Shown piece after piece: positions 11,690-22,835 of a DNA stretch of 39,641 nt. The stretch comes from Octopus sinensis (Eukaryota), in NCBI RefSeq assembly GCF_006345805.1, contig NW_021835802.1:1-39641 (forward strand). Reading direction: 5' to 3'. Both the position numbers and the translations under genes were made by a program. How positions within the stretch are numbered: the stretch's first letter is position 1; each line of letters opens with the position of its first letter. The notes under the pieces were generated by a model. That model saw only the letters and a program-made list of their open reading frames with translations. It was not told the origin of the DNA and made no database searches.

Positions 11690-13140
11690 ATTCCTTCTAT
11701 ATTCCTTCCTTCTTCGTCTCTTTCTATTCTTCATCCTTCTCGTTTGTCGTTTCTTCTAACTCCACTTTTTCACCTCATTCATTCATTCCCTCCTTCCTTC
11801 TTATGCCAAATTTTCTTCTTCTGAACTTTCTTCTTCATTATACTTCTCTTCTCTTTCTCTTCACTTCTCTTTCTCTTCCTCCTACCCTTTCTCGTTTTCT
11901 ACTATTTCCACTTCCCTTTTTTTCCTTCATTCTCCACCTTCGTTCGTTTAATTCCCACTTCGTTCATTTTGTTCCCCTATTCATGTCATTCTCCTCTCCC
12001 CACTTCCTTTATACCTTCTACTCTTCCTTTCTCTCTTTTCTTCCTTATTTTCTTTCCTTCCTTAATTTCTTTCTTCCTTTCGTTCCTACTTTCTGTCTTG
12101 CCTCTCACCTACTTATTTTCCTTCTATCTTTCCTTAACATCTCTTTCTTTCCTCTTTCCACTTACCGCTCTCTCCCTCTCTCTCTTCTTTTCCCCATCCC
12201 CCCTCTGCCCTCACTCTTCCCTCCAATCATTTCTCTATCCCCCTATTCCTCTCCTTCCATTATTTCATCACCTCCCTCTATCTTTCACTCCATCACTCGT
12301 TCTCTCACTGTCTTTCCTCTCTTGCTCTCTCTCTCTCTCATTCACTCACTCCCTTGTCTCTCTTCCTCTCTCTCCTTCTCTCGTTCCCTACTCCTCTCTC
12401 TCGCTTCTCTCTGCTGCTCCTTCACTCCCTTTTCACCCACTCTCTCTCGTTCCCTCACTCCCCTTCCTCTCTCTATCTCTCGTTTCCTTACTCACCTTCC
12501 TCTCTTCCCTTTTCTCTCTCAATCCCTCACCCCTTCTATCTTTCTCTCCCCTCCATCCTTCACTCTACTTCTTCTCTTCTTCTCTTCTCTCCTTCATTCA
12601 CTCGCCTTCCTTTCCTCTGTTCCTCGTTCCCTCACTTCCCTTCCTCTCTGTCTCAATCCTTCTCTCTCACCTTCCTCTCTACCACTTTCTGTCTCAATCC
12701 CTCACCCCTTTCTTTCTTCCTCTCTCCTTCCCCTCTCCTTCCCTCACTCTACTTCTTCTTTTCTTCGCTTCTCTCCTTCCTTCACTCGCCTTTCTCTCCT
12801 CTGTTTCTCATTCCCTCACTCCTTCCTCTCTTCCCCTTTCTCTCTCAATACATCTCCCCTTCTATCTTCCTCTCTCCTTCTCCTCTCCTTGCCTCACTCT
12901 CCTTCTTTCCTTCGCTTCTCTCCTCTGTTTCTTGTTCCCTCATTCCCCTTCCACTCTTCCCTTTTCTCTCTTAATACCTCTCTCCTTCTCCTCTTCTTCC
13001 CCCATTCTCTTTCTTCTCTTCCTCTCTTCTTCCTTCACTCGCCTTTCTCTCCTCTGTTTCTCATTCCCCTCACTTCCCTTCATCCCTCTCTCTCCGGTCC
13101 TCTCTCCTTCTCTCTCTCTCCCCATCTCACACTCAGCACT
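11690..13140. repeat. ~1.45-kb polypyrimidine (CT/CTT/CCT) tract
   Basis: Plus strand nearly devoid of G; the source of the 465/397/206-aa S/L/P/F ORFs. Confidence 0.95.
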
Positions 13141-13329
13141 TCCCCCACTAACACCAATATGAAACGATTTCAATCCAACTTTAATGAACACAGATACTAA
13201 CGGAAAGAATTAAATCTTAATCTCCTTCCTAATATCTTTCTTTTTGTTTATTTATTGCTTCATTCTCATAGTTTCAATTTCCTTGATTGTCATCACCATC
13301 ACAACCACAATTAATATCATTATTATTAC

Positions 13330-13615
13330 CATCATCATCATCATCGTAATTATAATTATTTTTTATTATTCATTACCATCATCATGATTGAAGATTTTAG
13401 CATTAAATTCACAAGTCTTTTCTCTTCTTTTTCATCTTCTTCTTCTTCTTTTCTTCTTCTTCTTCTTTCTTCTTCTTCTTCTTCTTCTTCTTGTGCCTCA
13501 TCTGCTTCTTCTGCTTTTGCTTCTTCCTTTTCTTCACCTCTTTCTCCTTCATTTTTTCCTTCTTTTCCTTCCTCCTCGTCTTGTTTATTTTCTTATTCTT
13601 CTCCTTTTTCTTCTG

Positions 13616-13690
<75 letters not shown>

Positions 13691-14749
13691 TCTTAATCTT
13701 TATAATCATCATTATCATTAATGATATTAGCATTAAACTCAGAATTATCATGACCATCATCATCATTATCATCATCATGATCATGATCATCATCATGATC
13801 ATCATCATCATCATCATCATCATCACATCATCAACACCCTCGCCGCCGACATCAGCACTATTGTTAGTTGTAGTATTGTTATTAATACTAATTTTATATC
13901 ATTTATCATTTTTTATTCCTTATCGTCATTATTTGTATTAACGCTATTAGCATTAAAATCAGAATTATTATTATTAGTAATAGTATTATAGCAATTGTTA
14001 TTACTATTATCGTCACATTTATTATTGATAAAACTAAGCCCCTAATATTATTATCATTATTGTCATTATCATAATCATTATTATTGCTATTATTTTTATT
14101 ATCATTATAATTTTTAATAGTTATTTTTTACGTAATTATTGTTTTAATCATTGTAATAATAATAATAATAATAATAATAATATTAATAATAATAATAATT
14201 ATTATTATTATTATTATTATTTTATTATTATTATTAATTCTTAATCTTTATAATCATCATTATCATTAATGATATTAGCATTAAACTCAGAATTATCATG
14301 ACCATCATCATCATTATCATCATCATGATCATGATCATCATCATGATCATCATCATCATCATCATCATCATCACCATCATCAACACCCTCGCCGCCGACA
14401 TCAGCACTATTGTTAGTTGTAGTATTGTTATTAATACTAATTTTATATCATTTATCATTTTTTATTCCTTATCGTCATTATTTGTATTAACGCTATTAGC
14501 ATTAAAATCAGAATTATTATTATTAGTAATAGTATTATAGCAATTGTTATTACTATTATCGTCACATTTATTATTGATAAAACTAAGCCCCTAATATTAT
14601 TATCATTATTGTCATTATCATAATCATTATTATTGCTATTATTTTTTATTATCATTATAATTTTTAATAGTTATTTTTTACGTAATTATTGTTTTAATCA
14701 TTGTAATAATAATAATATAATAATAATAATATTAATAATAATAATAATA

Positions 14750-14787
<38 letters not shown>

Positions 14788-14824
14788 CATTATTATTACT
14801 ATTATTATTATTATTATTATTATT
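13330..14824. repeat. (CTT)n/(ATT)n/(CAT)n/(AAT)n field containing a ~549-bp near-perfect tandem duplication (13688-14235, 14236-~14790)
   Basis: Unique markers CCCTCGCCGCCGAC (13837/14386) and AAACTAAGCCC (14031/14580) recur at a 549-bp offset. Confidence 0.93.
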
Positions 14825-15360
14825 TGCAAATCAATACAAGATGGCTGCCGCATCGCAAGTATCAAGAAAAATTGCTCTCCGCGTTAGTAACAGTGGTAAG
14901 CGTCAGAAATATACAACTCCCTTTGTATATCTGTCTGTATACCAGTATTTCTTTCTCTCTCTCCCACCCTCTCTTTCTTTTCCCTTTCTCACCCTTTCAC
15001 CCCCACCACACACACACACAGACTCTCTGTCACACTAACACAAAAACACTTTCGAACTCACACCATTTTTTTCTTCAAAAGTAACGATTTTAAAATAAAA
15101 AGAAAAACAACGAAAATCGACAGACAATGCAAATATCAAAGGAATATACAAAGCTTCAAGTTTTAACACTTAAATTTTTAGAACAGAAGAAAACACAAAT
15201 AATAATAATTAACAAGATATTAATTTCCATGAAGAGAAATAAAACCTAGCTCAACATTATGAACAGCAACAACAGCAGCAGCAACTATTTACTAGCGTAT
15301 TCAGAATGGCGTGGTTCAGCAGGTGTGGCTCAACTTGAGCCATCACATGATAAATGAAAC

Positions 15361-15777
15361 GGCGAGCTGGCAGAAACGTTAGCACGCCGGGCAAAATGCT
15401 TAACGGTATTTCGTCTGTCGTTACGTTGTGAGTTCAAATTCCGCCGAGGTCGGCTTTGCCTTTCATCCTTTCGGGGTCGATAAATTAAGTACCAGTTACG
15501 AACTGGGGTCGATGTAATCTACTCAATCCCTTTGTCTGTCCTTGTTTGTCCATTCTATGTTTAGCCCCTTGTGGGTAGTAAAGAAATAGGTATTTTGTCT
15601 GCTATTACTTTCTGTGTTCAAATTCCGCCGAGGTCGACTTTGCCTTTCATCCTTTCGGGGTCGATAAATTAAGTACCAGTTACGCACTGGGGTCGATGTA
15701 ATCGACTTAATACCTATGTCTGCCCTTCTTTGTCCCCTCTGTGTTAAGCCCCTTGTGGGTAATAAAGAAATAGGTAT
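15361..15777 (+). mobile_element. SINE family B: one head plus two tandem 184-bp bodies
   Basis: GGTAT junctions at 15405, 15589 and 15773. Confidence 0.92.
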
Positions 15778-16072
15778 GGACAAAGTAAGGCTCAAAATTT
15801 GTACGTTTTCTGCCTTACGAATAAGTTCTAGAAAGAACAAATGAGAAGATTATCTATACAAGTTGTTTTAATATATATATATATGTATGAGGGAGAAAAC
15901 GGTATGGACGGATTTTTGGAGTCTAATATTACCCTGTACGCCTATTTGATTTTGAAGATTTACAAACATACTTTCTCAGTGATACTCAGTTTACCTACCA
16001 TTATAAATAATACCAAATGTTCTTTCTCAGACCTTTCATAATGTGATACAAGTCTTTGGTGTAGCAATTGCA

Positions 16073-16166
16073 TGCGGCTGAAGAGGACTTTAAACTCTCT
16101 GTTACGTCGATTATACATTGATGTAAGAATAAGTTGTTTTATAAAGCTCGAAACATGTGTACCGCG
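16073..16166 (+). ncRNA. Candidate type I hammerhead ribozyme
   Basis: UGCGG-CUGAAGA(16078-84)-GGACUUUA..49 nt..UAAAGCUC-GAAA(16150-53)-CA UG UGUA-CCGCG: intact core boxes, stem I 5 bp, stem II 7/8 bp, stem III 3 bp, GUA cleavage triplet ending at 16161. Confidence 0.6.
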
Positions 16167-16251
16167 ACATCCTTTGTGTTCTGTTTTTTATTTCATTTGA
16201 TACATATATATATATATATGTATGTATATATATGTACATATACATATATGA

Positions 16252-17052
16252 ACAAAATCCACTTCTCATTGTAAATTACAATACGGTCGAGAAATGGATC
16301 CGTCTGGTTACGGAGAAGAAGCGACGAGCAAATTTCATACCTGCGCATTTCCTGATTATCATTCAAATCGTGTGGTACCTATGTTTGATTTTTCGATCGT
16401 ATGCAAATGTTTGCAGGCAGTTTTCTTGCTGGCTTGTCGTCCTTTTGCCAGTTCTCCAGTGGTTTTACATGGATCTTTCTCAATGGCGGTCTTTAATTGA
16501 CCGTCATCAATGACTGATGGGCGTCCACTACGCTCACGATCTTCAAAGCTCACGTCTCCACTGCGAAATCGTTTAAACCATTTTCAAGGTGACTACTCGC
16601 TGGTCATTTCCTCACCAAACATTTCCTTGATATTACGAGCAGTTTCAGCTGCTTTACGTCCATTTATGAAGTTGGTTAGCAAAATTGCTGCAATATCGCG
16701 CTTTGACATTTCCATTTCGAATTTTGTAATAACAGTGAAAAATATCAATGTTAATTTACTGATGCATTTGGGCAAGTCTATGTCTGTATTGAGACAATTG
16801 CAAAAAAATGTTTAAAAATGTCAAAGTTCTGCAAAAATCAAGTACAAATTCTTCATGGTTCAAACCTTTTGCTTCGTTTTTACTCAACTTGATATATGTA
16901 TATGTATATATATGTGTGAGTTTGTGTATACATATATATATACTCATTATCTTTTATTAAACTTTTAATAATTTTGATATATATTTAAAATAATATAAAT
17001 TAATTAATTTTATGTATTGGCTTAAGTTTTTCATTGTTTGATTTGCCTAATA
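16252..17052 (-). mobile_element. Tc1/mariner transposon relic (transposase N-terminal half 16715 to 16252; possible TIR start TATTAGG at 17052)
   Basis: MSKRDIAAILL..GRKAAETARNIKEMFGE, EDRERSGRPSVIDDGQLKTAIEKDP and FLDRIVIYNEKWILF match mariner HTH and first catalytic-Asp motifs; frameshifted, truncated at (TA)n. The TIR call is tentative. Confidence 0.85.
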
Positions 17053-17076
17053 GTGGTTTTATCTCTAATTTGATAT

Positions 17077-17112
<36 letters not shown>

Positions 17113-17145
17113 CATGTATATAGTTTTTTTCTTTGTCCTTTCATT

Positions 17146-17306
17146 TCTCACTTGTTTCAGTCATTTGACTGCGGCCATGCTGGAGCACCAGGATTTATTC
17201 TTTGTAAACCTTGTAATTCTTTCATCGATCTCTTGCCGAAGATGGTGTATGGACAGACGCAGAAACACAAACATACATACATACATACATACATACATAC
17301 ATACAT

Positions 17307-17339
<33 letters not shown>

Positions 17340-17421
17340 GACGCGCTTCTTTCAGTTTCCGTCTACCGAATCCACACACCAGGTTTTGGTAGGCCCGAGG
17401 TTATAGTAGAAGACACTTGCA
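17146..17421 (-). mobile_element. SINE family A, internally deleted and 5'-truncated
   Basis: CTTGTTTCAGTCATTTGACTGCGGCCATGCTGGAGCACC...CTTTCAGTTTCCGTCTACC..AGAAGACACTTGC. Confidence 0.85.
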
Positions 17422-17999
17422 AATGAGGCGTATAAACGGAGTGGTTTTGGTTGTTAAGTCGGAAGGAAAGCAAGGAAAGGCGAAGAGGTGTTGTACCACA
17501 TGTTGTCTCAAAGACTGGTGCCATTCTAAATGTGTTTCAGGAATTCACAATCACCGCAATGCTGATCCGACAGAAAATAAGCTTCTCGAATACTAGGATC
17601 ACCGGCAGACTATTACCACAGTGCAAGGGTTTCAGAAGTCTTAGAATTACACGAAATTAGAAGTACAAGTTGATGCTTATCTTGTTCTCAGCCTCGCATA
17701 AGAGTACATACATAAATCGTAGGCAGCAGACGACCAGAAAACCAGCTGCGTATTGGCTGCATGAATATTCACGTCCTACTGACTCCAGCAGGCATTCTTG
17801 AGCTTTTATTACGTCAAAGATTTAGAATCTTATGTCAGGCAGAATGGTGATGCAGCGGAAAGACTTAGCTGCTAAACATGTGGTTCTCAAAAGACATTTC
17901 AGAAGCTTCTGTCAAGAAAAATAGAAATAAATGATGGTGGCTAGCAGAATAGCTCCCAAAACAATCAGCACACCATGGAGTGTGAATAATAAAGTTACT

Positions 18000-19304
18000 T
18001 TTTTTTTTTCATTGTCCACAAGGGGTTAAACATAGAGGGCACAAACAAGAACGGACAAAGGGATTGAGTAGATTACATCAACCCCAGTGCGTAACTAGCA
18101 CTTAATTTATCGACTCCGAAAGGATGAAAGGCAAAGTCGACCTCGGCGGAATTTCAACTCAGAACATAGCGGCATACGAAATACCTATTTCTTTACTACC
18201 CACAAGGGGCTAAACAGAGAATGGACAAATAAGGACAGACAAAGGGATTGAGTAGATTACATCGACCCCAGTGCGTAACTAGTACTTAATTTATCGACTC
18301 CGAAAGGATGAAAGGCAAAGTCGACCTCGGCGGAATTTCAACTCAGAACATAGCGGCATACGAAATACCTATTTCTTTACTACCCACAAGGGGCTAAACA
18401 GAGAATGGACAAATAAGGACAGACAAAGGGATTGAGTAGATTACATCGACCCCAGTGCGTAACTAGTACTTAATTTATCGACTCCGAAAGGATGAAAGGC
18501 AAAGTCGACCTCGGCGGAATTTGAACTCAGAAGGTAGCGGCAGACGAAATACCTATTTCTTTACTACCCACAAGGGGCTAAACAGAGAGAGGACAAACGG
18601 ATTAAGTCGATTATATCGACTCCAGTGAGTATCTGGTAATTATTTAATCGACCCCGAAAGGATGAAAGGCAAAGTCGACCTCGGCGGTATTAGAACTCAG
18701 AACGTAGCGACAGACGAAATACCTATTTCTTTACTACCCACAAGAGGCTAACACAGAGAGGACAAACAAGGCCAGACAAACGGATTAAGTCGATTATATC
18801 GACCCCAGCGCGTAACAGGTACTTATTTATCGACTCCGAAAGGATGAAAGGCAAAGTCGACCTCGGCGGAATTTGAACTCAGAAGGTAGCGGCAGACGAA
18901 ATACCTATTTCTTTACTACCCACAAGGGGCTAAACAGAGAGGACAAACGGATTAAGTCGATTATATCGACTCCAGTGAGTATCTGGTAATTATTTAATCG
19001 ACCCCGAAAGGATGAAAGGCAAAGTCGACCTCGGCGGTATTAGAACTCAGAACGTAGCGACAGACGAAATACCTATTTCTTTACTACCCACAAGAGGCTA
19101 AACACAGAGAGGACAAACAAGGCCAGACAAACGGATTAAGTCGATTATATCGACCCCAGCGCGTAACAGGTACTTAATTTATCGACCCCGAAAGGATAAA
19201 AATCAAAGTCGACCTCGGCGGAATTTGAACTTAGAACGTAGCGGCAGACGAAATAACGCAAAACATTTCGCCCGGCGTGCTAAAGTTTCTGCTAGCTCGC
19301 CGTC
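18000..19304 (-). mobile_element. SINE family B array: one head plus seven tandem bodies (168-184 bp), short A-tail, 16-bp TSD
   Basis: CCACAAG unit marker at 18016, 18200, 18384, 18568, 18738, 18920 and 19088; single head at ~19255-19303; flanks GAATAATAAAGTT(A/G)CT at 17984-17999 and 19317-19332. Confidence 0.95.
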
Positions 19305-20169
19305 TTATAATAAAGCGAATAATAAAGTTGCTGCTTCCGCTGTTTCCTTTCCTACAGGTCGTAGCTCTAACAATTGCTTCGTTCTCAATGCTACAAGCAT
19401 CAAGAGCCTTCAGTGCCTGAGAAAATAATGCATTTTTGATTTGTGCCAAGACAGAATCGTTGAGAGCGTATGCGTAGGATTGTATACTCAAACTATCGCA
19501 GGGATGCGTAAGAACGATGCATCCATTTAGAGTAAGATCTGTGTATTTTTGAATATGTCCTACGAAGTTCCGTTTTGAGAGTCTATGGCCGAGTAACAAG
19601 TAAAGCCGTTAGACTGCTGTTCATGTTGGTCTGGATTGCCATCTGTTTTTGTTTGTTGAAGTGCATCTAACGTTGATGGTTTTTTTACAGTTAGCGATGT
19701 TTGTAATTCTGTTGGTGGAGGTTATTTGGATATGTAATGGTTTGCAGCATTTTGTGTTTCCTCTAACATCATTTTCAGCCTTGTACCACGCTCTTCATTT
19801 TGTAATTTTTTTCTTTCTTCTTTCACCAGAGGTTATTCCCAAACTGTTTTCCTCGCCACCACATTCCATTCGAGTTTCCACATTCGGAGAAATCTGCAGA
19901 TGGAGGTGGGAGACGTATGTCTGCACGGCCACATATTTCTTAGATGATGGTCTGGTCTACAGTATGAGCGAGGATTCTCTCTGCTGCAATGGCATAGGTG
20001 ATTTTATTGTTTTTTCTCGGTCGTCGTAACAGTGCTTGCTACTGATAAGGTTGAATGGATCTCTCCAGTTACTTCTACTGATGCTGTTGTTTGAGATGCT
20101 GCTGCTTCTGGCACTGATATTGTTGAGGTGTTGCTGTTGCTACTACTGTTATCTTACATGATATCGTTG

Positions 20170-20780
20170 TTGTTGCGTTAGGGGTGTCTGTAATAACGGG
20201 TGTTTCCTGGTCTTTGCAACGGGCAAGAAGCCTTTACGTGGTTTCTCTCGCCAAATGTGGCATTTAGACGTTCTGTTCTCGACTGCTACAAATAATTGTC
20301 TACCATTAGGGTGTTTGATCAGGTCAAGGATAGGTTCGATATTGACCTGATCGGTGTTTATCAATAATTCTATTCCTGTGCCTGACCAATTATCATTTTG
20401 GGCACTTAGACAATCATTGCTTTCATTTCTATACGGTATAATACGGCTTCCACCAGCAAAGAGATGTCCACTTCTGGTGGCACCTCCGCTACCTTCATGT
20501 TAATCACTCTCTGACCGATGTGTGTCGGAATTATCCACAATTTTCACTTTCGAGAGTTATTGTCGCACATCTTGGACTAATTGTTCAGTTGAGAATCCCA
20601 CCTCAACAGTTCCAAAGCATCCCCCACGGGAGAATAAAATTTTATCCCTTAGATTGAACTTAGGCATTTTTCGATCTGGGCCTGCGTCGTTCACTGCAGT
20701 TTCTTGGTTTTTGTTGAAATATATTCGTATATTTTAGTTTTTGGCATCTTACTGTATTCCCTTTGGCGTGTTTAGGGATG
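20170..20780 (-). pseudogene. LINE ORF1-like (gag-like) relic with CCHC zinc knuckle
   Basis: Minus-strand pieces GTVEVGFSTEQ, IIPTHIGQRVINMKVAEVPPEVDISLLVEAVL and GRQLFVAVENRTSK-CHI(C)GERNHVKASCP (CX2CX4HX4C after correcting one frameshift); followed by a Thr/Ala/Ser-rich low-complexity tail. Confidence 0.65.
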
Positions 20781-20939
20781 CCATTCTTCCATTCTTTGTT
20801 AAATGCGTTTTCGCGTCACAACGATTTTTCTGACACGTTAGCTTTCTTCATTCTACGATTCGGTTCTGCATAACCGCTCCCATTTTGTTTAGAAATAAGA
20901 ACTACCGCTGTTTTCGTTGTGTTAATGTTTATATAGGGG

Positions 20940-21210
20940 ATGGCAGAGATGGTGGCGGTGGTGTGTGGTGGTGGTTATGATGGTGGTGATGGTGGTGATA
21001 GTGGTGGTGGTAGTGGTGGTGGTGGTGGTGGTGGTGATGGTGGTGATAGTGGTGGTGATGGTGGTGATAGTGGTGGTGTTGGTGGTGATAGTGGTGGTGT
21101 TGGTGGTGGTAGTGGTGGAGGTGGTGATAGTGGTTTTAATGGTGGATGAGGTTGTGGTGGTGCTGGTGGCAATGGTAGTCGTGGTTGTTGTGGTGGTGGT
21201 GGTGGTGGAG
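20940..21210. repeat. (GGT)n degenerate tract
   Basis: Visible simple repeat. Confidence 0.92.
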
Positions 21211-21429
21211 GTCGTGCTCGGGTCATTTTTTCGTGCTCTTTACTGCTGTAACTGCTTCTCTTGCTACTACTGTTGTAGATTTTTTTGTTATTTTTGTTGA
21301 TTGTTGTTGTTGTTATTCTTGTTTCTCATTTACCTCTCAACCATCTCAATTAGTGGTGGGAAAATAACGTCGTAATGGCAGTTCCAGCAGCCGTCACACC
21401 CTCCAATTCTGGAAGCCATATTAGATTTT

Positions 21430-22066
21430 GTTTTTGCTATTCCCTTAGCTCATTAAAATCAGTTGCAAATTTTCTTCTAACTCAGCTTTCACCTCATTGT
21501 TAAATACTGAATCTTCTAAAGATATCCACGAATCTCTGCTTATCCATTGGATTGAGGATGATTTGAAGGAATTCTACATGAATTATACCATTTTTCGTAC
21601 AAAGTATTGTGAATTCTAGGGATGTGATGTGAATTTTAGACCATTATCCGAGGCTAAGACCCATATCTTGAATAAAAATCGATGTAATTTTTGTATTGTG
21701 AATGAAGTTGTTTCTTTACTCATAATAAAGACATCCGGCTAGTAATATAATCCTTCGGTCGTAATTAAAATGTAGTTACCATTATGAGGTCCTGCAAAAT
21801 CTGTGTACTCTATTTCATGGTACTTTCGAAACTGTCCAAGGAACGCTTATCTGAATAGGTAATTTTGAGGGTTTAGCACAATTGCGCATGATTGCACTAG
21901 AGATTCGATATATTTGTCAAGTCCCGGTCAATAAATATAACTTCCTGTTAAAGCCTCCATTCTTGAAATTTCTGAGCGATGTGCATGAAATTGGTTAAGT
22001 ACCGACATTTTCAGACTGTTTGGAATAAGAACACGACTAGCTGTCATGAAACAGTAATCATTCATA
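21430..22066 (-). pseudogene. Gypsy integrase relic
   Basis: RVLIPNSLKMSVLNQFH..ISRMEALTGSYIY*PGLD, RVHTDFAGP, LASDNG..FTS, HPQSNG*AERFVDIF. Confidence 0.88.
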
Positions 22067-22495
22067 GACGCAGGAGTGGCTGTGTGGTAAGTAGCTTGCT
22101 TACCAACCACATGGTTCCGGGTTCAGTCCCACTGCGTGGCAACTTGGGCAAGTGTTTTCTACTATAGCCTCGGGCCTTGTGAGTGGATTTGGTTTTCTAC
22201 TATAGCCTCGGGCCTTGTGAGAGGATTTGATTAATGGAAACTGAAAGAAGCCTGTCGTATATATGTATATATATATTCCAAGAAATCTAATGCTCGTAGC
22301 TTAGTTTTTCCTTGGGGCTGGCCGGATCGGAGCGATCTCAAGATTAATCAGCCGAAATTGCGAGGATGATCCGGTTTTTGACTGAAGATTGAAGGCTTCG
22401 AATGTCCCGTCCGTGTTTTTTTGTATCGTCTTCTAAATGTTTTGCGTTCTTGTCCCAGTTTGTATGTTTGTATTTTTTTACATATACATATATAC

Positions 22496-22533
<38 letters not shown>

Positions 22534-22733
22534 TTGTCCCCCCAACATCGGTTGACAACCGATGCTGGTGCTTTTACGTCCCTGTAGCGGTTCGGCAAAA
22601 GAGACGGATAGAATAAGTACTGGTCTTACAAAGAATAAGTCCTGGGGTCAAGTTGCTCGATTAAAGGCGGTGCTCCAGCATGGCCGCAGTCAAATGACTG
22701 AAACAAGTAAAAGACTAAAGACTAAAGAGTAAA
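22067..22733 (+). mobile_element. SINE family A with an internal head duplication and a ~190-bp foreign insert in its central microsatellite
   Basis: Head 22067-22275 with a repeated CTACTATAGCCTCGGGCCTTGTGAG; unrelated sequence 22279-22470; normal 3' module to 22733. Confidence 0.88.
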
Positions 22734-22835
22734 CAACTGAGAGATGATTCCGTTTCGAATAGAATGACTGCATGTCTTTAACGCAAACATTTTCTGGCCT
22801 ACCATATCAATGATATTTGCTAACTCACAAGTGGC

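Noticed and set aside
11803-13200. 465-aa and 397-aa ORFs
   Set aside because: They are translations of a CT tract that cannot encode stop codons; S/L/P/F only, with no splice or codon evidence.
18000-19304. CRISPR-like regular repeats
   Set aside because: Units are contiguous SINE bodies with no unique spacers, in a eukaryotic context with no cas genes.
19231-19599. 122-aa minus-strand ORF as a host gene
   Set aside because: Non-ATG start, runs into the SINE-B head, no recognisable domain; more likely decayed retroelement sequence.
22380-22412. CTGAAGA..CGAA as a third hammerhead (also CTGATGA at 34441 and CTGACGA on minus at ~34690)
   Set aside because: No GAAA/NUH arrangement with compatible stems I-III.
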